Below, one piece after another: positions 36,801-50,772 of a stretch of DNA of 64,000 nucleotides. The notes beneath the pieces are model-generated. The model was given only the letters and a program-made list of their open reading frames with translations, was not told where the DNA came from and did not search any database. Both the position numbers and the translations under genes were made by a program. Source of the DNA: Marsupella aquatica (lineage: Eukaryota; Plantae; Marchantiophyta); NCBI GenBank assembly GCA_973895155.1, contig OZ316893.1, positions 10,173,660 to 10,237,659 on the forward strand, written 5' to 3'. How positions within the stretch are numbered: position 1 is the first letter of the stretch; every line of letters begins with the position of its first letter.

Positions 36801-39062
36801 TCATAGATAACAATCATTTACATAGATGCATGCACAGAGCTTGCTTTTGTGGGTCCTTGCTGGCGTTGGGTAGACCGCTTTAACACTCATCCAGATGTCC
36901 ATTTTCATACTTCTCAAAATCTATTCCGAGTTGACCTTGATCGATGCTGGGCTTAAAGTCTGAGACTCTGAGATCCTATCAGATGCCGATTCTTATATGA
37001 CTCAAAATTCTGAATTCCATTAAACTCAGCCCGTGCCCACCTGATGCTGACTCATAGATCCAACGGTATCGCTCTTTCATGAGTGCGATCTACCCTAATT
37101 CTTATTTGGACGGCCAGGATGGATTTCCTTTTGCATGATGTTATCAAGGGTCGGATTCGTGTAGAACACTCTTCGACAGGGCTTAACGGATTGTATGACG
37201 TTATCTTTACTTTCGGATCTACGTAGAATATTCTGACGACAGGCAAACCGACAGACTCCTGTAAACATTCTTATGATGAAACACAGAAACCAAAATACGC
37301 CTGGGTGCGTTCCCAGAAAGCACAATGTCCGACTGCGTCAACGTCAAATTTTCCGTTGATTGCTTGCAAAGCAGAAAAATGATGATCAATTCGAAACAAA
37401 AGTTAATCGCGACGCTCAGCAATGAACCTCGTGTACTTCGCTGTCTGCCCTCTGTCCACTGCAGTCGTTGTCCAATTTTATTTTTTTAAGTTTCAGTTTT
37501 TTTTTTTGTTTTGCCTTGAAAGTTGAAGTTTAGGTTCTGATTAAAATCCTAACATAGGGTTGGATTCCTAGATTTGACCACGACCTTGCTCTAACATTCA
37601 CCCAGGATGTACTCGATGTCCAGCTCCCTTGGCCTCTGGTATTCAACCCAATACTCCGGTAATGGGCGGGCAGTGCCCTCCCTAATGACACGGCATTAAC
37701 TAGCCTGCAGATTCATGTTCATCTATTGTTATTGATGTTTGATCTTCAAATGGTACGTTGCCAACGCAAAAGTACAGGAGGAAGGTGAATGGTATCCATC
37801 CGCCCTGTCAGCCTTACGATTGTTGAGGTGCGTCAAGACTATGATGGTTGTTCGACACCGAAACACAGTAGCGCCAGAAGGTCCGTAGAGACCGGACCCT
37901 GTCATAATAGTATCGTACCTGCAGCTGTGCACATTAGCCGGTGCTCTCGTAAGAACGTACATTGCCGACTCTGATGAGTTGATCATTCTCCCATATTAGC
38001 TCTGACTGCAAGGCGGATAATGCTATGGTTCTCTGAATCGATCGTTCTCGCTATGGGCTGGAGTCCCACTAGAAGGCAGTGTCGGGATAACAGTCTGCGA
38101 TGGATGTGCGACGTAGGAATCAGATTCGCTCAAAGTATGAGATTAGAGTCAGGTGACTGGGTAATAATCATTCCCCCATGATTGTCCGTTCAGCTCGCTT
38201 TCAGACGACAGCTACTGTAGACTCTGTTGAGGAGAACATTGGTGTTGGGTAGGTTGTAGGTGGGCCATTCGATTATGTTTCAACTTGACGTGAGCTGAAG
38301 CAAAATTTCCGGAATTGCATTGGACATGTCATTCAGATTCGATTGGATTGATCGCGTTCTGTCACTTTCTCTAGCATAATCTACAGAGACGAGTAGAAGA
38401 CAAATCTCAAGTCACAGGCCCTGTGGGTTGAAATATTCTGGCCTTCGAACTAATTAATCGCAACACCAAAATTTCAAGGCAATAGTTGAAGCGCAGTGGA
38501 TTCTCACAACAGGAAATCACTATTTACTAGTGGAAGAAATCTTATCGCAATTGAAGATATATTTAAACAAAGGGAGGACTGAAGTATACATCCATAGCTT
38601 CATCCAGTTAAGATATAGTGATATATAGTGATAATACTTTTTGTATCCATGGGGGTTTATCCAGTTGGGAAACTAATTTTGTGACTGGAGGTTGGAATTA
38701 TTTGAATCTAGACGTGCTGCATACATCAGCAGCTGTCGAACGTAATGCTCAAGTTAGTGTAACTGGCTCTCTCGATGTGAATTGTGAATTGGTGCTTTGG
38801 TGTGGGCAGGTTCATCTCGGATATAGCTAAGGTCGGAGTGGCGATTTGTTATTTCAAGGATAAAGATCATTACAGTTTCGAAGACATCACAAGACAGGCA
38901 GTGACGAAGGCAGTGAGGCAGCTCATGCTGGAGAAAAAGGGGGAGGAGTTAAGAAAAAATGCTGGAGCGGCGCAGAAGTCATTGCTGGCAGCTGTGGCGG
39001 AAGGGGGGAATTCTTATACGAATTTGCATTTACTCCTCGACGAATTGGCAAGCGAAAGATGA
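33817..39062 (+). CDS. Family-1 UDP-glycosyltransferase B; exons 33817-34233, 34806-35590, 38810-39062 (484 aa)
   Basis: close paralog of UGT-A with the same intron positions, catalytic His/Asp and PSPG box; 1455 nt in frame. Confidence 0.93.
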
Positions 39063-39567
39063 AGCAGACTCGACCCGCTTCCGTAGTCACATTCATTCTG
39101 ATCAAACCGCCTTACTTGAGATGGCCCATTTCATGATCAATCTTATTGCCACACCTCTAATCCTCCTGGTTTTCAACAGTGTTTTAGTAGGATTCTTCCG
39201 CAACAATAATTGCCGCTCCACTAAGTTTGGATCAGGTCATTGAAAATTCTTGTCTACTTTTACCAAACAGGTAATGCAAATTTCTTAGGTAACTTAATGC
39301 CCTCTAGACAGGAGTTTACAATAAATGCAAACCCCTCCTGTAGTTCTCTATTTCTATGGATGGTTACAAGCCATTCCCCCTGGCAGCCTGGCCCAGGGGT
39401 TATGAAATTTGGGCCCCTGCCTCAAGAATATCCAATTGCAGGTGCATTTTTCAGGCCAAAGTAGAGCAAAACTTCAATGAGGGGGGTCCACTCATTAACC
39501 CATGGCACTCTATAGCCATCGCTGTGAGTGCAAGTGGTTGTAAACCCCTCTGGCTCACCGCCCTTGA

Positions 39568-39820
39568 GGATTCAGCCCATAACCCCCTTGGGCCCATATA
39601 TAGGTTACCCTACATATTTTCAGTCGTAATTGTTATCGGACCGGCCTGTGCTGGTGACCATTGTAGATCACTTGTGTGAAGTAGGTTTGATGGGATTCAG
39701 CCCAGAGCCTCCTTGGGGCCATATATAGGCTACCCTGCATATTTTCAGTCCTTCTAATTGCTGTTGGACCGGCCTGTGCTTGGTGACTATTGTATATTAC
39801 TGGTGTGAAGTAGGTTTGAT
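39568..39820. repeat. ~125-bp tandem duplication
   Basis: GGATTCAGCCC...GTGTGAAGTAGGTTTGAT at 39568 and 39693. Confidence 0.9.
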
Positions 39821-39980
39821 TCCACCAGTCGAACATGTGCCGGAGATTTGTGCAATGGGAACGACATGTGAAATGAATTTTATATATATATTACAAAGAA
39901 ACAAGAGGAGCCATACCAGGGGACACCATCTCAAAGACAAGAAACCCAATAGAGGGGAGTATACATGCGGCAATGTCAAA

Positions 39981-40232
39981 GATTGATCAATGACCATTGC
40001 TTGATTTCTCAGCAGTCTTAAGTATATTTGCTACTGTACTCCTGTACATATGTGTCAATAGGCCTAATATATGCTCCCATAATGCAATTTGGTTTTTTGC
40101 AATTGGAGATTGATCAATGACCATTGCTTGATTTCTCAGCAGTCTTAAGTATATTTGCTACTGTACTCCTGTACATATGTGTCAATAGGCCTAATATATG
40201 CTCCCATAATGCAATTTGTTTTTTTGCAATTG
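39981..40232. repeat. 127-bp near-perfect tandem duplication
   Basis: GATTGATCAATGACCATTGC...TTTTTGCAATTG at 39981 and 40108. Confidence 0.93.
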
Positions 40233-42055
40233 ATAAACATAGGTGATCGATATAATTTGTGAAAAAAAAAAACACTTCACACACATCACAGGCTACATGT
40301 ACAACGTGACAGTATTGAGGTGTCAAACTAGATTTATGTGCAATTCTTATTGTCCTTTGTGATCTCTTCAAGTGGGTTTGTTAGTGTGAAAAAGAAAGAA
40401 TCAGACATAGCAAGTGTGAAAGCATTTTCCACATTAAAGCTTATTAACTTGTGGGCATTTAGGTAATAATAATCGCTCCCTCATTTTTTGGATAGCTAAA
40501 AATGCCCTGGATGCTATACACACCAAGGCCACAAAAATCTGGTGGGATCCCAACTGCACTTGAGCAGTGTATAATCCAGCAGACAGCCTTTCTTTCCAAA
40601 TGTCTGTACATTAGCCATCCAACTGTTCCAATGTCTGAGCAGCTTGAGCAAGTGTGTGATCCAACAGACGGCATGCAGCATAATTATCCGAATGCCTCAC
40701 AAAACTCATCCTCTTCCGAAAGTCTGATCAACTTCCACACTTTTCCACACAGGAAGAAAGCCTTAGATGCAGACTAACACTAACAAGTCTCACAACCCTT
40801 ATTCGACAAACGGACCTCCGACGCAAAATGATCTATAGACCACATTGTTCGGCTGCGACCCCAGAATAAGGCTAATCAGATCGTAACGAACATGGTGAAG
40901 TGTGATTCACAGAAACTTCGAACGGCAACCTGCCTGGAACAGACAACCCTGCAGGTCTCATTAGTAAGCTAGATATTATGAAGAGCCCCCACAGCTCAGC
41001 TTCGAACACATCAATTATGCAGATGTCAAGATCCGTTACCAATACAGGCATCCCCAGTCCACATAGAAATGATAGGAAGGGGAAAAAATATACTGCTACA
41101 CCACTGACCCTCTAGTGATCAGCCTCACTTGACAAAAGGATGAGAGCCTTCTGATTGTTCATACTTCAATTGCGTCCAGGAACTCTGCCTGAAACTGCCT
41201 ATACACAAATTTTGGTCTTTAGTGAGTGTGCTCAGAATTATTAATCCAAAGAAATGGGTTTTATTTCTGTAGCTACACCAGGCTCTGCTCATTAATAGCT
41301 GGGTTAAACAAACCACCCACAACCCGCCAAAATCATGGAATATGACCTTTCCATTTCAAGCCGCACCGACATTGAAAGAAGGCTTGGAGAAGAAATACAA
41401 CCTAATTATGAAATCCTATTTTTAAGCTCGGAAATTGAGTTCCCAAAAAACTTTCCAGATGCAGACAATTGATCCCTTAAGATGAAACTAAACAGAAGAA
41501 TTCTCTGAAGCATTGAGAGATTCCGAGAGAACACTTCCAGAAACTTATTCAAATGTGTTGAACAAATTCCCTTTCTTTGAGGTCGAAACAAGAAAACCAC
41601 ATCATGTTCTGCCAATCTCTTATATGAAGTGAGATCACAGTAGATTAGGAAACGCACAGCGTGTTCTTGCAAATTATATATCTTTGAGACGGAGGCCCAG
41701 TCCATCCTAAGACGAAAGCTGGACGGCCACCACACTCAATGCATGGGTACCAATGCAAGCGGCTGTGAAGTGAAAAACTTGGACATCCATGCCAACTTTT
41801 TCAAAAGGGCAATAGTGCACGCACTGCCCGCAAGAAATACAAGGCATTCGAATAGGAGAAAGTGGCAGTGTATCGAGCTGAATCCGTGACACTGTTCGGA
41901 CCAACACCCAGACCTGTGGCGGACTTTGCTTCCAACATGATTCACTTTCAGATTAAAATCTGTACAAGAATCAGACAAATTTACTGAAGGCACAGTGGCA
42001 CACTTTTGATGTGGATGACCACACCTCCATAAATACAACAATAACGAAGAAAGTA

Positions 42056-45000
42056 CTAATAGTACGCCTTTCGGGGATTATTCTGCAAAACATTAACCAC
42101 AACAAAAATCAAATGAGTCCATACCCTCGGAAATGTCAAAGCCAGAGATCCCTTACCTTCACGTCACAAAAAATTCCAACCCTAAATAGACAATTTTAAC
42201 AAAGAATAATGTCACATCACTGCAGCATTCTTGCAACCCGGTGCTACTTATATTTATTGAATCTATTGCCAATGCGCAAATTAAGAACCTTGCACACAGT
42301 TTGAATGTATTGCAAGCTGTTGCTCAAATGCATTAACAAAGCCTTACCAGAGGATTCGGCCTGAACTTGTAGCCCAGCATCATACGTTTCTTGTACTGCT
42401 CATATATGTCATCATCTGGGGTAACTTCGCCTGGCTGCTCGGCTCCAACTCCCAAATTGTTCAACTTCACTGCACCTGCTTGCACTGGATCTGCTTGTCC
42501 AGCCTTTCTACTTCCAAGACCCTCGCCTGTTGGCATGAACAGATTGAACTGATTAGAATATATAACAATTTTGAAAACTTAGGCACACGACATGACTACA
42601 TTTTCAAAGAAAAATTGTGCTAATAGCGACAGAAGAGGGACGATTTTGATCACAAGACATTATTTGGCACCATCAATTTATACGTCCGTTATTGTTGTGA
42701 CAAATAAGCTGATTCTATTGTAGTAATATACCAGCCCCCCTCGTTGCCAGCGAGTTACGAACACCACTTATTCCAGAATGATGGGGAATACTAGAACTGC
42801 TACATAAAGATCAGTGGGTCACACTGCTGACAGCTTATGCCATAGACCTGGACAGAAGAAGCCTTGGTCTTGACACCACTGATACCACTATCTAGAGACT
42901 CGAGTTAACCTCCAAAACCTGGGCAGTCCAAGACGTGAAATTGTCATAAACGAGATAGAGGCTTAGCAGCTCCGAGGAGAGGCAAAAGTACCTTCTTTCC
43001 ATCCCATCTTCGATAGAAGACGATGACCTACATTGTCGGCTTGAATCTTTGCACGCTCAGCTGTTGCCTTCGCTGCTTTTTGAGCCATTGCATCATTACA
43101 CTTCGCCAAGAACTTCTCAAGCTCTTCAGGTGGAATGTAGTCACCCATGTGATGCCCCTTCTTCATTGCAGCTGCTCATCCATTCCAAAAAAGCTATCCT
43201 ACGTCAGACTCTACCAAAATCGAACCCACAACCAATTGCTTCTTCTCGAAAACTAATAGCACGTCCATTACGGGCATACCAAAAGTCAAGCACTGCAACA
43301 TTGGCAAGTTTGTACAAACAGCTACCTCGGAACGCTACCCTATCTTATACTTAGAAAAGCCCAGAGATTCGCCTTGGCAACACATTCAAGGATGAGACAA
43401 TGACCTTGAGCAACATCATCCACAAGAGCCTTGCTTGGAGAGAGATAAACCGTTGGATTCTCTACATGGACCACAGAACAACATTAAGCAGTCGCTGAAA
43501 GAGAGTTGGAAGTACAGTAGAAATACATGTCGTTTTAATCATTCTCGGTGAAAACAGATTGACATCAACCAGTAGCTGATAGAGACTTCAAAGTCGTGGA
43601 GACTACTCACGAAACTAAGCATTGTCAGTAAATTTTAAATGTTATTCCACGAGCAGAGGTGGAATATATTGTAAGCTGGAAGCAATAATCCTTTACTCTA
43701 ATTCACTCAATGCAAAGGCCTCAAAATGAAGGTAAGAAAAGACAAATACCTGCTGGAGCTTCCTCAGGAGCCCACATCACAGGAGAGTTTCGGGCTGGTT
43801 CCACGGAAGGAAGCACACAAAGTATAAGACAAAGTAGTACGTAGAAGAAAATGTAGATGTTGTTGTAGGAAACGAAATCAAAAGACCATATGCAACTTCC
43901 ACACCCGATCCCTTCAGATGGAGAGAAGCTTTTCAGAGATCTAGGCAAGCAGAGAGACTTATGATCAGTCACATACGTTCTGGTGGTAAAGGTATTGCAG
44001 GCGAAGGTATGTCATCCTTGGGTTGCTTTTGAGGTTTCCGAAGATCCTCTTGCGCAGCCTTTTTCATGTAGAACTCCATCATTGACACAGAATCAGTCGG
44101 TAATGGTGATTGTCTGACATAATCTGGTATCAGGCACATGAACAAAATATGTAAAATCAGAACACAGAGAAGTGTAAGGTGACCCTTCAATTGACTCAAA
44201 AACAAATCCGAACAGGGCAAGGTTAAACCAAAAACAAGACCGTGCCTGAATGTAATCTACGAGGAGAAGCTGACAATCTACATACTACCCGTGTTGCAGA
44301 TATAACACCAACTGCATCACAGCCGTACCGTACACATAGGCAGGCGATATATTCAAAACTCTCGAGATGCGTTAAGATTAACAAAGAAGTGCGACAAGCT
44401 TGGCAAGTATGACAATTGTACATTGTCGGGGCTAGCCCAGAGATAGGGTATGCGATCCACACGCCCCAGAATGTCACTACAAGGATACCGCAGCGACCGA
44501 AGCAGCTTTTTGAGGTTGGAGGCACGCTAAGTAGAGCTCATACAAAAGCCTACTTATCAACGAATCGAGAAAAACCGGCGTTCATAGACCTTGATCTCTC
44601 AAACATACATGACGTCCATCATTCATATCTGCAGCCTTTGACCTCTAGGATGATCAGGACAGGCTATGCTCTCACCTTGCGAATGCTCTCGTTGCCTTCG
44701 TCTGTCTTCATTTGACCCTGAGTACAAAGCTGATGCTGGGGTTGAGTAATTTGTACGTTGATTCTGTGAAGAATTCCTCTGATGATTCGCCTGGTGGCGG
44801 GATTGTATATTGCTACTGCCACCTGGGAGCAAATGAAGCATTTTAAATTTGGAAAACCGTACTTGCAGTGACGGCAGTACAGATCGACAACCACCAGCTC
44901 CCAATTTGAAATGCAAATGCTAACGAAATAACAAGCGTAAGTTAGCGTAAACTGGATTCAGACCAATTGTCCCCTTGGGCAAGCGGAAAACTTGGTTATG

Positions 45001-46194
45001 TGTTGGCCGGTGAAGGTGACTACAGCTTTACCTCCTTGCAAACTTTGAGGGTCTGTTTTATGCAACGCTTGCTCCTCTTGAATCAACCGTTGCTCATAGT
45101 ACTTATAGTCTGGAGATGTTACATCAAATAGAAACCTGGAAACCCACCATAACGGTAAATTAGGGTAAAATTCACATTTAACTTTCTTGGCCGGGCATCT
45201 TGGTGCTGGCATGCTCTTCGATCAAATAAGGGTTCCACTCAGAGAAAGAAGACATGTCCGCAAATATATTATAAACAGAAGATGAAGCCAGGGGGACTCC
45301 TGTGCTGCCCACCTCAATTCAACTCCGGGTCTATCTCTGTCTAGCTAATGAAAGCATCTTGGGGAATAATGGTACCGCAGTTTTAAGAAGAGCTTTAGAC
45401 CGCACAGCAGAGCACATTCATTACAACGATGTGAAATTACCTGAAAGGAGTATCTCCTGGGTTTTTCTGTCGCGTTATGTTCTCGAACTGCCTGCCATTC
45501 TTTGCGACAAAGTTTGCCAACTTGTCAGCAACCTTCTTCACCTCCAGATCAGAAGGAGCCACAATGCCTACATCAGGTCAGCACGACGAGTCACAAGGAT
45601 CAGTGTTTGCAGGGGAAATTTAGAAAACGAGACCCAACCCCTAGCTGAAATTCTAAACTTTACACAAGCAATACATTCTTGTGGAGAGGAAGTGCGCCTT
45701 AAGGGAGGGAGGGAGGGCATGGGCATGGGCATGGTCTTGGCACCTTGTTCTGATTGGAATCCAGCCTTGTCTGATTTCTGTTTCTTAGAAGAACGTCTGT
45801 CATTGTCACCTTGGCCGCCATCCTCGCCATCTTCGTCCTCCTCGCCGCCCAACTTGAGAGCATTCACTGCAAGCCTAGATTTCTGCTTGAGACTAAACGC
45901 CAGCTTCCCATTGGTAAGTCCAGCAACAGACTTGTTGTTGTTCTGTCCAGCTTTGGAGAGAAAAGATCCCCCCTGCTGGCGACTGCTCGCGGGTGACCTC
46001 ACAGAAGAATTACCGTCCTGGTTGTTGTGACTGCCAGACGTGCTGGTGGGTTGTTGGTCTTGCGCATCAGCAGCAGCCATAGATGAGGAGGAGGAGAGTT
46101 TTGAGGCCTCATGCTGCTCCTGGAGCTGTTTAAATCGTTCCAGAAATGACCCGTCGTTCACAAATAATGATCCAGCCTCATTGGCACTCCCCAT
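42056..46194 (-). CDS. SUGP1: SURP and G-patch domain protein (SUGP1-like splicing factor); exons 46194-45744, 45567-45441, 45135-45032, 44822-44676, 44123-43977, 43794-43750, 43171-42992, 42526-42348, 42082-42056 (468 aa)
   Basis: LFVNDGSFLERFKQLQ; SURP VADKLANFVAKNGRQFE...FRFLFDVTSPDYKYYE; KKGHHMGDYIPPEELEKF; G-patch [46 protein letters not shown]; 1407 nt in frame. Confidence 0.92.
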
Positions 46195-47314
46195 TTTCAC
46201 CTTCACTCGTTAGAATTAACTCCAAATCCCTGTCTAGAAAGTTCACGCAACTGTAGATGAATCAACTCAAAACCTTGTGTCTCAATTCCATTCGGAGTAG
46301 TCCACGGCCCTCTTCTTCCACCACTGTTTGCACTCACTCCGGCAGCTCGAAGAGAGAGACCTTGCACATTTGGCACACCCTAAGAAAGCCTCTCTTCTCC
46401 TCCTTTTCCTTCTTTGCCCTTCCTCTTCCCTCTGAGAAGGTCAATGGACTGCTCGCGCACGGCCCCAGGTGAGGACGAGATGATCACGACAACAATAACA
46501 AGCGGTGGCGAGACGGCGAGACTCCCCTGACATAGTTGCTTCCCTCCGGACGTCACCTCATGAGATCAAATTCAGCAAAACCAACCTTCGGAAAGGGGCT
46601 TGGAAAGAGAAGAGAAGAAGAGAGAAAGCAAAGCTCGGCTATGGGAGCGACGCTTGCTTATACACTATCCACCCCGGCAGAAACTCAAGAAGTTCGTACT
46701 TGCAGACACTGGTCACTCAGTGACGGTGATTTGCGCCGAACCTAGGGGTCTGCCTGACGAGCCACCCAGCACTCGGATGGGAGAAGGGGATTCTTCAAAT
46801 CGCACGACAGACGGAGCGATTTCGCAGAATCGAAGGCAAGGGAACGAAAGGAATCAGGTCCACGAGGGTGCCACAACTGTCAACGGCCGCTCTCTTTTGA
46901 CTGACCCACTGACCGATTACAGAGAGAGGTGGCGATGGATTCATGGGCCCTCTCTCTCTCTCTCTCTCTCTCGATCTGCTCGTCAATCACTCACTCAATC
47001 AATCAATCAAAACGATCAGGAAAAGCAAGGCAAGCAGGACGATGCGGAGGGAGGGTATCGAGACGGGAAGATAGACAGACACCCAAAACTCAGATACAGA
47101 GTTAATGTGTTCTCTCTTCTCTTTTCTTCTCGTCTCTGTTTTGTCTGGTCGCACAGTCGAGACTCATGAGAGTAACAAAACAATAATTTGTCCAGTTTTG
47201 CCTTTCGTTACGTATTTTCTGGTCCCTTGCAAAAATGGGAATCGACGAGACGACAGGGCTGCTGTTCAGCAGCATTATTATTATTTTAATTATTTTTAGA
47301 GGGGTGTGATTATT

Positions 47315-47689
47315 CTTTGAAATTGTTTTTGTTTATAAAATACGGGCCACTAAAACCCAGTGGCAGGGGGCCAAACATCCAAGCCGACAGAGCAATTAAA
47401 GAAACAGCTCCCATGAGGGGGCAGCACAGGAGGCAAATCAAGGCTGACAGATGAACACCCTCACAGCCAAAGCACCCCAAGTGACATCCCATGGGGGCCA
47501 CAATAAATGCAGGGATGTCACGTCCAGCACACACCGTCTAAAAAATACCCACCCGATGAATACCCACCCGATGAAGCAGTGTCTCATCCGGAGGAAATCC
47601 ACACATTGCGGCTATGTAACCAAACAATTATTTCCTGATTAATGATCTCTTTCACCCATAGCAATCTAATATGTCGCCTCCCCCGGGGC
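47315..47689 (-). mobile_element. Short retroposed fragment flanked by a 17-bp TSD
   Basis: AGAGGGGTGTGATTATT at 47298-47314 and 47690-47706; A-rich end on the minus strand. Confidence 0.55.
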
Positions 47690-48190
47690 AGAGGGGTGTG
47701 ATTATTGAATGATTGGGTGCACAATTGGGCAGACGGATGACGACCGTGATGTTTAAGGGGTTAGGGGTCGTAATAGGCATGAGAGGGTGTGCACTCGGGC
47801 AGGCAGATGATGACCAGGGTGTTTGGGGGGATGATTATCGCATGAGAGGGTGCACCATCGAGCGGGCAGATGAGGATCCTCCCCGTCCCTTGCTCTGCTG
47901 TCATGCCCAGGTAATTGCACATCCAAATGTGACAATATGCACTCCAACATGTCACTCCATACCATTATAAGCCCAATTAATAAGTTAAATCACAGAGTGT
48001 TACTCATTGATACACTGTATTTTGACACATTTTGATGTGCAATTACCGGGATGAGTGCTCCTCGTCTCCCCCTTCAGATGCTAAGGTTTTTGTTGGGTTG
48101 GTTGGTTGTCTGGGCTTTGCTCGTGCCCCAGCACTCCCCTTCAGAGGTTGTGGGCTTTTCTTGGGTTAGTCCGGGGTCTTCTCACTGATA

Positions 48191-48340
48191 TGTTAGGCAT
48201 TTACTCTTGGGTCTAAAGTTACTTGATAATCGTAGTTAGTCTAATTGAAGCCAAGTGCAATTAAGGGTTAAACGTGTCACTACAATATTCACTACTTAGC
48301 AAGATTTAGCTTGTGAGTGGAACTTAGGCTCATTGTTACA
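48191..48340 (+). mobile_element. 5' fragment of an LTR related to 9996-10340
   Basis: TGTTAGGCATTTACTCTTGGGTCTAAAGTTAC and GAACTTAGGCTCATTGTTAC match the solo LTR; cut off where the next repeat begins. Confidence 0.7.
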
Positions 48341-49470
48341 AGTGGTGGACCTACTCACCCGGAGCCCTAAGCAAACCCAATACTTTTGCCTTAGTATTCT
48401 TGGTGCTTGAAGCCCTCCATGGAACTCCACAAGCAAGCAACTTGGTGCCTCTATCACCACCAACGGCAACTCCCATACAAAGTCGTGCCTCCTCCTCAGC
48501 AGAACCGTCACTCAACGGTCCTTATTGTCTACACAAGCAACCAACACACTTGGTAAGTAAGTAAACCCCACTAGATCTGGGAAGACCCAAGACCAAATGT
48601 TGTTTTGCCTCAAGTTCAACAGTCATTAGTAAGTAGGTCAATTGATTGAGGCGCCCAAACATGCCTTGCCATATATAAGTTGAAGCTAAGTTGCCTCCCA
48701 CTATTCATTTAGAACAACCCCCTACTGGGTGACACCCAAGCTTCCCCACTTTCTATCCATTATTGGTTGACCGCCCTGTCTCCAAGACATGCCCATGGTC
48801 CAAATAACTAGCTTGTCCCGAAGCTTGTCCCAAACATTGGGACCAATTCAGCCCCAACTCTAGAAACCATCTTTACGGCTGCATCTCAGTTGGGAGCCCG
48901 AGTGAAAGATGCACTTGGACCTCAACATTCGTGTCTACTCTGTGTTGTCTCCTTAACGCAAGCCCCCTTGGAAATCGAACTCGGCTTGGTTGTTGTTTTG
49001 ACAAGATCGACAAGCGAGAGATAGCCCGTGCAGATAGTGAGGACCAAAGGCACCCTTAGACTTAGTTGATATCAAGAGGATGTTGTAGTTCTCAAGAACT
49101 TTCCAACACACCCAATAAGTACTCCAACCGACTTTCCATTGAAAAAATATTGTTGTTTGGTTTGACATTTCCCGTAGTAGCGGGATTGCTGCGCTTCACA
49201 ACTTGGGCTCACCCTTGGCCCACAGGGAGATACCACTCCCCTCATATATGCTTAGGGAGACCTGTCACCCGAAGACCAACTTTGGTCCCATAGTTTTGGC
49301 CCTCTACCTAGACTCCAACTTGATTGACCGGACAAAAAATCAACTTGCTAGGCCCATAACTTTCTAGTTAAACGTCCGTAGGTGAACTGCTTTAGCCCGT
49401 TATGATCAAGCCAACGCGATGCTAATGCCCAGGCCCTCAAAACTCTTCGTCAATCAGGGGTCCTGGACAG
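48341..49470. repeat. Dispersed LTR-like repeat, copy 3
   Basis: homologous to 29010-30370 (same strand) and 22980-24352 (opposite strand). Confidence 0.8.
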
Positions 49471-50772
49471 ATACACCCAAGCGTAAGGAAGGAAGAGGTT
49501 GGATGTCCTTTGAGGGGCCCTTGGCAGTGGTAGCTTCTGTCTGGCTTTCCTTTTGGGTTATAGTTGAAGAGGTTAGGGCCCAGACATGTATTGTAGTAGC
49601 TTTTGTTTGGGCTTTTTTTTGGCTACAATTGAAGAGGTTAGATGCGCTGGGGCCTCCAAGAAAGATACCATCAGGTATTATTTTGGATTGAGAGGATGTT
49701 GGGAAGGGGGCCTAAGCTTATATTAACAGGGCACTTATTAGTTTAGGAAGTGTTGTCCATCCTCTAGCAAATACAAGCTTGGCTTTTGATAAAAAAAACC
49801 AGGCTTGCTTTTCAAGAAAATGATTTCTCATGACCGCACCCATGAACTGTTTAACCCCCATGGACCGTGACACCTTTGACACCTTCATTCATTGATACCT
49901 TTTTGTTTCCCAAAACTTTCCTGCAACAAAGTTCAACTTCATGACCAACCGAATCAGCTTTTCTTGGACTTGTTGGAAGCAGTTTGGAAAGATCTGCCTA
50001 ACTAGTCTAATCTCTCTAGTTTTCATGAAGAATTGAGACAGTCCACAACTCTAAAAAATTTAGAGCAGCTAACTTTGACCCTCGGAGTTTCCATTGATTT
50101 CCAAAGGATTCTGACTTTTTTGGGGTTTGTTAGAAGTGGCTTTTGAAAGATGATGCTAGTATAATATAATTTCATTGCGAATTGAGAGAGAAACAATTTT
50201 CCAAGGATGTTTCTCATTTTCTTGCAACATTTCACTCATTGGTGTTGTATCTCCTATTCTTGCCACAAATGGCTCATCGGTGTAGTATGTGAGTATGTGT
50301 CCATCTGGGTTGGAAAATTTTATCCAGGCATTTTGGCAAACATGGAGGTCCATGCGGGCTTAAAATTTCGCCTCTCAAATCCATTCTTGTGCTTTCCTAA
50401 AACATTCACCTGTATTGGGTATTTTGATAACTCGCAAGATCAATCTTGTTAGTCTATGCAGCCGTAGGTAGGTCCAAGCTCTCAAGATAGGACCAAAGAC
50501 TCCGAAAGGAAAGAGGCTGTGCCATCAAATCTTCGAAGGACATGACGTCCAACATCTCCAATTCAGATTTCCACAGACAAAGAGAAAACAAAGCTCAGCG
50601 ATCATAATATGGCTTTGGGAAGTAGTCAACTGCGGCATTCATCGAATGGTATAAGATGTATACTTCACATATTTACAATTCTGACCATTTTTTCAGAAAT
50701 TACAAATTCTTTCAATATGAAAGAATCATCAGGTCTCAGTCTCAGTCTCAGCCTCAGCCTTCAGCTTTAGTC

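Noticed and set aside
45302-46030. 242-aa plus-strand ORF
   Set aside because: Antisense shadow of the SUGP1 exons.
46600-47169. 189-aa ORF
   Set aside because: Low-complexity GA-rich sequence antisense to the probable SUGP1 5' region; no domain.
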